Assembly (NCBI GenBank): GCA_001897305.1 | Contig: MKSO01000001.1 | Location: 300,001-332,000 of the forward strand | Direction: 5' to 3' | Length of the DNA: 32,000 nt | DNA from: Candidatus Saccharimonadota bacterium | GTDB lineage: Bacteria > Patescibacteriota > Saccharimonadia > Saccharimonadales > Saccharimonadaceae | Shown: positions 15,130 to 22,247 of the stretch, piece after piece | Numbering within the stretch: the stretch's first letter is position 1 | Layout: each line of letters starts with the position of its first letter | Translations under genes and position numbers: made by a program | Notes under the pieces: generated by a model | The model's input: the letters and a program-made list of their open reading frames with translations, nothing else | The model's database searches: none | What the model was told of the DNA's origin: nothing

Positions 15130-15699
15130 TTAGACTTCAATTTTAAAACTGTGTGCCTCAAGGGTACCGGCTGAGAACTTTTCAAGAATCTGCAATAGCT
15201 GCGGAATAATGGCCTCGTTGAGGCTTTTTTGTTCTTCTGAGGTAAAGGCGCTGAGTACAAAGTTGGCATCGTCCATACGGTCGCGTAGTTCGTTCCAAAT
15301 GCCTACCCGTATGCGACTGTAGTCAGTACCAAGGTGGGCATTGAGGCTTTTGACGCCATTGTTACCTGCATCACTGCCCTTGTCGCGAATGCGAATGGTG
15401 CCAAATGGCAAGGCAAGTTCATCATGAATAACAAGTACATCTTCGGCTGGGGTAAGTTTGTAAAAATCTACTACCGCCCGCGCAACTTGGCCGGTTTCGT
15501 TATAAAACGACCTCGGCTTTATGAGTAGAACTTTTTCACCGTTCTTCGTAAATTCAGCAATATCAGCGTTATATTTAGTCTCCGTGCGCCAAGCACTTCC
15601 CTCTTGGGTAGCTAAGGCATCGAGTACTAGAAAGCCAACGTTATGGCGAGTGCGGGCATACTGAGCGCCTGGGTTACCTTGGGCGAAGATGAGTTTCAT
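15130..15699 (-). CDS. pth: Peptidyl-tRNA hydrolase
   Basis: The N-terminus MKLIFAQGNPGAQYARTRHNVGF is typical of Pth, as are the later segments ...IRIRDKGSDAGNNGVKS. The protein is 189 aa. Confidence 0.95.
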   Translation of the reverse strand: MKLIFAQGNPGAQYARTRHNVGFLVLDALATQEGSAWRTETKYNADIAEFTKNGEKVLLIKPRSFYNETGQVARAVVDFYKLTPAEDVLVIHDELALPFGTIRIRDKGSDAGNNGVKSLNAHLGTDYSRIRVGIWNELRDRMDDANFVLSAFTSEEQKSLNEAIIPQLLQILEKFSAGTLEAHSFKIEV

Positions 15700-15758
15700 A
15701 CTGTTATTGTACCGTATCTAGGATCACAAAGAGAAATGAGAGAGCGACATCTGTAGAA

Positions 15759-15787
15759 TTGATTTTTAAAGCTTTTTATGCTATAAT
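15759..15787 (+). promoter_or_regulatory. Sigma-70-type promoter with extended -10 for the 154-aa membrane-protein cassette
   Basis: The sequence reads TTGATT, a 17-nt spacer (tttaaagctttttatgc), then TATAAT. It is nearly identical to the promoter at 12511-12539. Confidence 0.5.
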
Positions 15788-15838
15788 ATTAACATAGACT
15801 TACACTAGTCTGTCTTGCACATCCAACGAGAGGCAAAT

Positions 15839-16303
15839 ATGGGAATTGAGACAATGATTCCGGCGTGGATCTGTTTCGTGCTGGGCGTGAGCTTCCTGTG
15901 GGTAGTTCATGTCGTAAGTATGCGACGGCTCAAGCGCTGGGCGACGGTCAACGAAGTCTTCCACTCCGCTACGTATTACGGAGATACCCCTGGAACGGCG
16001 ACGGTGATCGTTCGGAATGCCCGCAACTACATCATGGTTCGCACGCTGAGCCTGGTGGTGTTGCTGGCTGCTACGTGTGGCATCACCTGGCTTTTTTGGT
16101 GGTTCGCCGTGACCGATCAGTACACCAGCCAGCCGTTTATCTTCTGCACGATCATGTCGATGGCCGTTTTGGTTGTCATAACGATCGTGGGTGCACGCAT
16201 CATCTACCGAGGTATCGAACCGACGATGCGTGAGAGGGGGTATCGGCCTCATCGCCAGGAACGGCAGTCCGACCCAACCCGAGAACATCTAATGGAGCCA
16301 TGA
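15839..16303 (+). CDS. Hypothetical polytopic membrane protein (about 4 TM segments)
   Basis: I prefer the ATG at 15839 (GAGAGG 5 nt upstream) over the track start at 15815. TM segments include IPAWICFVLGVSFLWVVHVV and LSLVVLLAATCGITWLFWWF. One hand-counted line is 60% GC. The antisense ORFs 15800..16288 and 15865..16233 are rejected. Confidence 0.55.
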   Translation: MGIETMIPAWICFVLGVSFLWVVHVVSMRRLKRWATVNEVFHSATYYGDTPGTATVIVRNARNYIMVRTLSLVVLLAATCGITWLFWWFAVTDQYTSQPFIFCTIMSMAVLVVITIVGARIIYRGIEPTMRERGYRPHRQERQSDPTREHLMEP

Positions 16304-16359
16304 GGAGTACCTCTCCGGGGCTGCCTGCAGGTAGTTCTCGGAGGCCCCTCTGTGCAAGT

Positions 16360-16379
16360 GCTCGCCCTTCGGGGCGAGC
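16360..16379. terminator. 8-bp GC stem with a TTCG tetraloop between convergent genes
   Basis: gctcgccc-ttcg-gggcgagc lies between the plus-strand gene ending at 16303 and der ending at 16410. Confidence 0.45.
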
Positions 16380-16409
16380 CTTCCATTTGTGGGGATATTT
16401 TTGTATCTT

Positions 16410-17789
16410 TTAGTTTTTCTCGGTGTTGTTGGCTTTTTCAGCGGCTTGTGAGGCTTTTTCGCGATTAGCTTTAATTTGCTTCTCGTCGCGGAAGCTAAAT
16501 TTAATTGAAGTGCCAATAAAGTCGAATTTCTCACGCATGACACGTTCGAGGTGGCGTTTGTAGCTCCAGTGAATAAACTTCAGGTTTGAGCCGTAAATAA
16601 CAAACCATGGCGGTGAGACATCGGTTTGTACCATATATCGTAGCTTTGGATGAGTGTTTTTAAGGCCGGCTGGCGGGTGGGCGGCGATGGTTTTTTGCAG
16701 AAGGTCATTAAGCTGACGGGTTTTAATTTCTTGGGTGCGACGGCCTTGAATATCCAAAATGAGGTCGAATAGCTTTGAAACGTTTTGGCCAGTAACAGAA
16801 CTGGTGAAAATAAGTGGTGCCCACGGAACAAAGTCGAAGGTACGTGAGATACTTGGCGCCAAAGCGTCGCGCGTAAAGGCGTCTTTATCTATGACACTAT
16901 CCCACTTACTTACGACAACTACGAGGCCTTTACCAGCTTCGTCAATAATACCCGCTAGGCGTTGGTCCAGCTGGGTGTTGAGTTCGTTTACATCCATCAG
17001 TAAGAAACAAATGTCACTCTCTTCAATTGCCTGCAGGGTGCGTAGAACACTAAACTTCTCAATGCCAACTTCTTGCTTGCCCTGGCGGCGTACACCAGCG
17101 GTATCAAGCAGTTCAATATAGGTGCCCTTGTATTTAACTTGGACGCGGTTAATGTCGCGAGTGGTGCCGGCAATATTTGCAACGAGGGCCTGCTGTTTAC
17201 CAGCGAGGGTGTTGAAGAGGTTGCTTTTACCAACATTTGGACGGCCAATTAATGAAACACGCACCACCTCGTCAACTTCTTGTTCGGTTTTAGCGGGTAG
17301 GAGTTCGGTGAGTTTACGGAGGGTTTCGTCGATACCTTCGTTGTGCTCGGCACTGGTGCGGATAATATCTTTAATACCAAGGCGGCGGAATTCATCTATC
17401 GGTAAGTTACCGGCTAGGTCAACTTTATTCGTTAAGAGAATAACAGGCTTCTTGCTTTTAAGTGCCTTTTTAGCTACAATGCGGTCTTCGTCACCGACGT
17501 ATTCGGTACTATCGACAACAACAAGAATTGCATCAGCAGCTTCGGCCGCTTCGGTAATTTGCTCTTGAATAGAGGCTTCAAATTCGTCGTTGGGGTCCTT
17601 AAGGCCAGCAGTGTCGACTAACCAGAATTGGTGGTCATTGTACGTAACGCGACCAAGAACGTTATCACGGGTGGTCCCCGCCTCTTTCGCAACAATTGCT
17701 TGACGGCTTTTTACGAAACGATTAAAAAGCGAACTTTTACCTGCGTTCGCTCGACCGATAATTGCAACTGTGGGTAGCTTTGAAGCCAT
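16410..17789 (-). CDS. der: Ribosome-associated GTPase Der/EngA (double GTPase domain plus KH-like C-terminus)
   Basis: There are two G domains, with G1 motifs GRANAGKSSLFN and GRPNVGKSNLFN and DTAG in each. I prefer the start at MASKLPTVAIIG (ATG 17789). The 49-codon upstream extension in the track runs through a palindromic intergenic element. Confidence 0.92.
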   Translation of the reverse strand: MASKLPTVAIIGRANAGKSSLFNRFVKSRQAIVAKEAGTTRDNVLGRVTYNDHQFWLVDTAGLKDPNDEFEASIQEQITEAAEAADAILVVVDSTEYVGDEDRIVAKKALKSKKPVILLTNKVDLAGNLPIDEFRRLGIKDIIRTSAEHNEGIDETLRKLTELLPAKTEQEVDEVVRVSLIGRPNVGKSNLFNTLAGKQQALVANIAGTTRDINRVQVKYKGTYIELLDTAGVRRQGKQEVGIEKFSVLRTLQAIEESDICFLLMDVNELNTQLDQRLAGIIDEAGKGLVVVVSKWDSVIDKDAFTRDALAPSISRTFDFVPWAPLIFTSSVTGQNVSKLFDLILDIQGRRTQEIKTRQLNDLLQKTIAAHPPAGLKNTHPKLRYMVQTDVSPPWFVIYGSNLKFIHWSYKRHLERVMREKFDFIGTSIKFSFRDEKQIKANREKASQAAEKANNTEKN

Positions 17790-17844
17790 AACAGAGGTAA
17801 TTGTAGCATAGTTTTCGCTGTTTGGCGAGCATAAGAGGTACGAG

Positions 17845-17966
17845 AAACCAAGCTGAGCCCATCGCTCAAAGGACACTTTCGCGTAACCCAGTATTTTTAA
17901 GGCGTAGAGACCCTTAAAAATCCTGGCGTGAAGCAAGTTCCGTGAGCGATGGGCTCAGCTTGGTTT
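17845..17966. repeat. 122-bp palindromic element with perfect 24-bp terminal arms and an internal 10-bp hairpin
   Basis: aaaccaagctgagcccatcgctca (17845-17868) is the exact reverse complement of 17943-17966. Inside it, atttttaagg (17893-17902) pairs with ccttaaaaat (17912-17921). The segments between show partial complementarity. Confidence 0.85.
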
Positions 17967-17996
17967 TCCATACCTAATGTTTGCTATAGTAAAAGT

Positions 17997-18446
17997 ATGC
18001 ATATTCCAATTAAACGTTTTGATACTGACTTCCCCCTCCCTACCGCTACGCCTGGAGCGGCTTGTTTTGATTATATCTGTCGTGAAACGGTGACAATTCC
18101 ACCTAAAGAAATAAAGGCTATTCGTCAGAATGTGGCTATCCAGATACCGGATGGCTATGCGTTACTGGTGTTTAGCCGCAGCAGTACGCCGCACAAAAAA
18201 GGCTTGATGATGGCGAATGGCGTTGGGGTTATCGACCCTTTTTACAGGGGCGACAACGACGAGCAGATGATCTTTCTGTATAACTTTACGGATCATCTAG
18301 TGACGGTTGAGGCTGGTGAAAAATTAGCGCAAGGCATGTTTGTGAAATCCGAAGTGATTGAATGGGATGAAAAAGACCATTTTGGCGAGGACGGCCACGG
18401 CGGCTATCAACACACCGATAATAAAAAAGTATTTAATAAAGACTAA
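17997..18446 (+). CDS. dut: dUTP diphosphatase (dUTPase)
   Basis: The segments GAACFDY, SRSS, GVGVIDPFYRGD and GERIAQ-like GEKLAQG are dUTPase-type motifs. I prefer the start at MHIPIKRF (17997); the track start at 17949 lies inside the palindromic element. Confidence 0.85.
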   Translation: MHIPIKRFDTDFPLPTATPGAACFDYICRETVTIPPKEIKAIRQNVAIQIPDGYALLVFSRSSTPHKKGLMMANGVGVIDPFYRGDNDEQMIFLYNFTDHLVTVEAGEKLAQGMFVKSEVIEWDEKDHFGEDGHGGYQHTDNKKVFNKD

Positions 18447-19123
18447 CGTACCACTTGGACGGTTTCGAATTCACCAGGTTTGAGTGAGTGCAAAGAATAC
18501 GGACCGAAACTGGTGCGATGCAGTTTTGTGACAACGTAGCCAAGGGCAGCAAAGGTGCGCCTAATTTGGCGGTTGCGGCCTTCGTGCATAGTAACAACCC
18601 AATTAAGGCGGCTGTCATCTTGGCGCTCAAGGCTAAGCTTGCTGGGCCCATCTTCGAGCTGGACGCCGTAGTCGCTTATCATTTGCTGGTGCAAGGGCTG
18701 TAAGGCCGTGTCTAATGTTATGTTGTAGGTTTTTACCTTGTAGAACTTTGGGTGGGTCATTTGGTAGGCAAAGTCGCCGTCGTCGGTTAGTAAAAGCAGG
18801 CCACTACTGTCTTTATCGAGGCGTCCGACTGGCTTTAGGGTGTGATACTTTTGTGGCAAAAGTGAATATAAAGTTGGGTTGTCACCTTGCTGTTTTCGCG
18901 ACGATACGTAGCCGATGGGTTTATTGAGAGCGATGTACGTATAGGCTTGCTTTTCTGTAATGGTCTTTCCATTAACAGTTACCGCTTGGCCTTCTTCGAT
19001 GCGCCCCCCAAGAATAGCGGATTCGCCATTAACCATAACACTCCCCTTTTCTATAAGGGTGTCGGCCTCACGTCGAGAAATTCCTAAATGAAACGCCAGG
19101 TACTTGTTTAATCGTTCGCTCAC
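18443..19123 (-). CDS. Pseudouridine synthase, RsuA/RluB family, with an N-terminal S4 domain
   Basis: The S4-like N-terminus is RLNKYLAFHLGISRREADTLIEKGSVMVNG. The catalytic motif is GRLDKDSSGLLLLTDDG and a later conserved segment is EGRNRQIRR. Confidence 0.85.
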   Translation of the reverse strand: MSERLNKYLAFHLGISRREADTLIEKGSVMVNGESAILGGRIEEGQAVTVNGKTITEKQAYTYIALNKPIGYVSSRKQQGDNPTLYSLLPQKYHTLKPVGRLDKDSSGLLLLTDDGDFAYQMTHPKFYKVKTYNITLDTALQPLHQQMISDYGVQLEDGPSKLSLERQDDSRLNWVVTMHEGRNRQIRRTFAALGYVVTKLHRTSFGPYSLHSLKPGEFETVQVVR

Positions 19124-19141
19124 GGTTGTAGTATAGCAAGC

Positions 19142-20209
19142 TTAAAGACTTGGCGGAATGTTGGCGTTGTTAGGTGTGTTGAGCTCTTGTTGCATTTGGC
19201 TGGCGAAGTCTGCGTTGCTAGGGTCGTTAGGGTTAGTTAAGGGCTCGATAACGCGATCACCGAGTGAAGCTGGTGCTGGGGTTGAAAATGGCGCAGTTGG
19301 TTGCGGCAGAGTTGTCGCTGCTGGCGCTGGGGCTAGTGGAAGCTCGCTAATAACCGTACTTTGCGGAACAGCCGGAGCGGGTGTGGGTGTTGGTACGGCA
19401 GGAGCTGCTACTGGAGCCGGAGCTGGTGCAGTCACGGGTGCTGGCTGTGGTGTGAGTGGTGCGGCACTATCGGGGATAGTGAGAGGATCTGGGACGGCTG
19501 CTGGGGTTGGAGTTACAGGAGCTGCAACTTCTGGTTGTACTGGAGCTACTGCAACCGGCGCTGGTGCTGGAGCTGGTTGAGGTGCAACTGGCGCTGGGGC
19601 CGCTGGCATGTTAACAATTGGCGCAACGGGCTGAGGTGCTGGCTGTGCACTGTAGGCCGGGTTCTCTGCTGGCTGTGGTGTAACTGGAGCAACTGGAGCG
19701 GGCACTGGAGTTACAGGAGCTGCAACTTCTGGTTGTACTGGAGCTGCTGCAACCGGCGCTGGTGCTGGAGCTGGTTGAGGTGCAACTGGCGCTGGGGTCG
19801 GAGCTGGTGTTGGCGCAGGAGCTGGAGCAGACCCTGGAACACCATCACCAAGAACATCGTGTACAGTACGTACGACATCTTCGATGCCGACCTGCGATTT
19901 TACAAGATAACGATCAGCGCCGAGGGCTTCGCCGCGAGCACGTTGGTCATCACTTGATAGCGCGGTCATCATGATGACTTTTACGTCGCGAGTTTCCGAG
20001 GTGCTACGAAGAATGTCGAGCATATCGAAGCCACTAATTTTAGGCATCATAACATCACTGACGATAAGGTCGGGACGTTCTTTGATTGCCATTGCTAGGG
20101 CTTCTTCACCGTCACCAGCCGAAACGATCTCGTACCCTTCGGCCATGAGTCGTACGCCGTATATCTCGCGTAGGCTCTTGTCATCTTCTACCAATAAAAT
20201 CTTCGCCAT
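19142..20209 (-). CDS. Response regulator with a receiver domain and a ~235-aa Pro/Ala-rich C-terminal extension (no recognisable output domain)
   Basis: The receiver segment is MAKILLVEDDKSLREIYG...DLIVSDVMMPKISGFD...K. I prefer the start at 20209, which has AGAGGT upstream. The C-terminus is low complexity (APAPAPV..., PQPAP...). Confidence 0.85.
   Translation of the reverse strand: MAKILLVEDDKSLREIYGVRLMAEGYEIVSAGDGEEALAMAIKERPDLIVSDVMMPKISGFDMLDILRSTSETRDVKVIMMTALSSDDQRARGEALGADRYLVKSQVGIEDVVRTVHDVLGDGVPGSAPAPAPTPAPTPAPVAPQPAPAPAPVAAAPVQPEVAAPVTPVPAPVAPVTPQPAENPAYSAQPAPQPVAPIVNMPAAPAPVAPQPAPAPAPVAVAPVQPEVAAPVTPTPAAVPDPLTIPDSAAPLTPQPAPVTAPAPAPVAAPAVPTPTPAPAVPQSTVISELPLAPAPAATTLPQPTAPFSTPAPASLGDRVIEPLTNPNDPSNADFASQMQQELNTPNNANIPPSL
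19508..19797. repeat. Two 92-bp direct repeats, 198 bp apart, inside the Pro/Ala-rich coding region
   Basis: 19508-19599 and 19706-19797 are identical except for one position (19548 a versus 19746 g). Both encode APVAPQPAPAPAPVA(A/V)APVQPEVAAPVTP. Confidence 0.9.
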
Positions 20210-20260
20210 AATTACCTCTATTCTACCTAAGTGTGTCAAAAAATACCATACTGCTTATGT

Positions 20261-22186
20261 TTATTGCCGCGTATTTTGTTGCTCGCGTTGTTGTTTTGCT
20301 AATTCTTCAAGTTGTCGGACACGGGCGGCTATTTGGTCACGGGTCAGACTTTCGCCGCGTGGTACGGTCGTGGCCGCTTTGACTTCAGTGTTTTGGGGGG
20401 CTGGTGGTGCTTGAGGGGATGGTTGTGGGGTGGCCTGTGGCATTGATGGTGCACTCTGCACGGCTTGCGGTGATGGCGCTGGGGCTGGGGCTGGAACTTG
20501 AGCGGCCTGAGCTGCTTGTTGTTGTTTTAGGATTTCGGCTTGTTGGCTTTCGATGCGGGGCAGCTCGACAAAGAAAGTACTCCCCTGTCCGTAGGTACTT
20601 TCTACCCAAATACGCCCCTGCATAGCTTCTACTAATCGGCGCGATAGGTATAACCCTAGACCAGTACCACCAATCTCTTGCCGGTCCATGTTGTCGACAC
20701 GGTAAAACTTTTGGAATAGGTGTGGAATATCTTCAGGGGGTATACCAAGCCCGCTATCTTTAATGCTCACCACAACGCTATCGCTACTGCCTGTCACGTC
20801 AACAGACACCGAGCCCTTAGGAGTATACTTAATAGCATTCTCAATTAAATTATCGAGCACTTCACGGATGTGATCGTTATCTTGATTAACAAAATAAACG
20901 GGCAGGATTTTTTTGGCAGCTTCTTCGCTGGCGGGTACGAAGTTAAGCGTGAGCCCTTTATCAGCGGCCTTTTGCTGTAGCCCCTGTACGATAGTTGCGG
21001 TGAAGGCGGTTATGTCGACAACCTTAGGGATGTTGGTCATGCGGCCATCTTCAGATTTTGATACATCCAGCAGATCCTGAAAGAGGCGTCCAAGGTGCTG
21101 AGCGGCCTCGTGTGCCTTCATAATGTAGCCTTGGGCGCGTGCATCAACGGTAGCCGTGTTCGGGTTCATAGCAAGCCCTAAGTACCCTTCAATTGAAGCC
21201 ACGGGGGTGCGCATTTCGTGGCTGGCGGTACTAATAAATTCGGCTTGCTCACGTTCTTCGGCTCGCTCTTTTGTCACATCATGGAATACCGCAATGGCCC
21301 CCGAGCCAGTGGTACCAATGGGTGATGCAACTAACGAAAGCAAAACTTTCTTGCCTGACTGAGTAAGGCCAGTAAGGGTATTGGCACGAGTTTGTTGGTT
21401 GGTGTTAAGTACCTGTTGTATTGGATTATGTGCATCATCGAGTTCGTTATTATTTTCATCAACCAGCTTTATGATTGATTTATGATTGAGCATGAGAGCA
21501 TCTTGCTTCCCCCACCCTAGAATTTCTTGGGCGGCCGGGTTAATGAGTTGTATCACGCCCCTTCCATCCACCGTCACAACGCCATCACCAATAGCGTTAA
21601 TGATAATTTCTGATTTTTGCGCTACCTCTGATAGCTGATTTGCGAGATTTTTGACACTTTTATCGGCCGGGACTTCACTAACGTCTGGGTGTCCGCGCCA
21701 TAGTACCAAACCACTCATTAGCGGAAGAATAGTACTAGCCGTGGCAAGTAGACTGATAGAAAGGCTTAATTCACGACTAATATAGGCGCCTGCAATATAG
21801 GCGCCTAACAGCGCTATTACGGGTATCCATCCGTATGCGCCAAACAGGGGTGCACAAAATGCAATAACCGCCCAAAAAGCGAGGTATGGTGATGTTATAT
21901 TACCTGTTTGATGGACAATAAAAGCAGTGATGAGCAAAAGAAGTATATATAGTATGGTGGCAACGATATAAGAAGGAACTTTCTTGGCCATAATGGCGCA
22001 TACAACTGCCGCAATAAAGAGTGCTCCAGCAACAATAACGGCTACCAAGGGTACTTGGAATGTTTCGGGAAGCGCAAGTACGCCGGCGAGGTGAAGTGCT
22101 GTCGGTACAGTATAAAAGAGCGTTGCTGCCGCAACGACACTATAGAGTCGTCGATACCACGCTACCGAAAGTCGTACTGGAGTCAT
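20261..22186 (-). CDS. Sensor histidine kinase (multi-TM N-terminus, PAS-like domain, HisKA, HATPase_c, Gln/Pro/Ala-rich tail)
   Basis: The H-box is STASHEMRTPVASIEGYL and the N-box is DNLIENAIKYT. The G-boxes are DSGLGI and GGTGLGLYLS. The C-terminal tail is QQQAAQAAQVPAPAPAPSPQ... Confidence 0.9.
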   Translation of the reverse strand: MTPVRLSVAWYRRLYSVVAAATLFYTVPTALHLAGVLALPETFQVPLVAVIVAGALFIAAVVCAIMAKKVPSYIVATILYILLLLITAFIVHQTGNITSPYLAFWAVIAFCAPLFGAYGWIPVIALLGAYIAGAYISRELSLSISLLATASTILPLMSGLVLWRGHPDVSEVPADKSVKNLANQLSEVAQKSEIIINAIGDGVVTVDGRGVIQLINPAAQEILGWGKQDALMLNHKSIIKLVDENNNELDDAHNPIQQVLNTNQQTRANTLTGLTQSGKKVLLSLVASPIGTTGSGAIAVFHDVTKERAEEREQAEFISTASHEMRTPVASIEGYLGLAMNPNTATVDARAQGYIMKAHEAAQHLGRLFQDLLDVSKSEDGRMTNIPKVVDITAFTATIVQGLQQKAADKGLTLNFVPASEEAAKKILPVYFVNQDNDHIREVLDNLIENAIKYTPKGSVSVDVTGSSDSVVVSIKDSGLGIPPEDIPHLFQKFYRVDNMDRQEIGGTGLGLYLSRRLVEAMQGRIWVESTYGQGSTFFVELPRIESQQAEILKQQQAAQAAQVPAPAPAPSPQAVQSAPSMPQATPQPSPQAPPAPQNTEVKAATTVPRGESLTRDQIAARVRQLEELAKQQREQQNTRQ

Positions 22187-22247
22187 ATGAGAGAAATGCT
22201 CACCCTTTTCTGCTTATGCTACAGACTACTATAGCATAGTTGAGGTG

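Noticed and set aside
19150-19860. Repetitive DNA that might be taken for a CRISPR or tandem-repeat array
   Set aside because: It lies entirely inside an open reading frame and encodes Pro/Ala-rich protein repeats. It has no repeat-spacer periodicity of 28-37 nt and no cas genes nearby.
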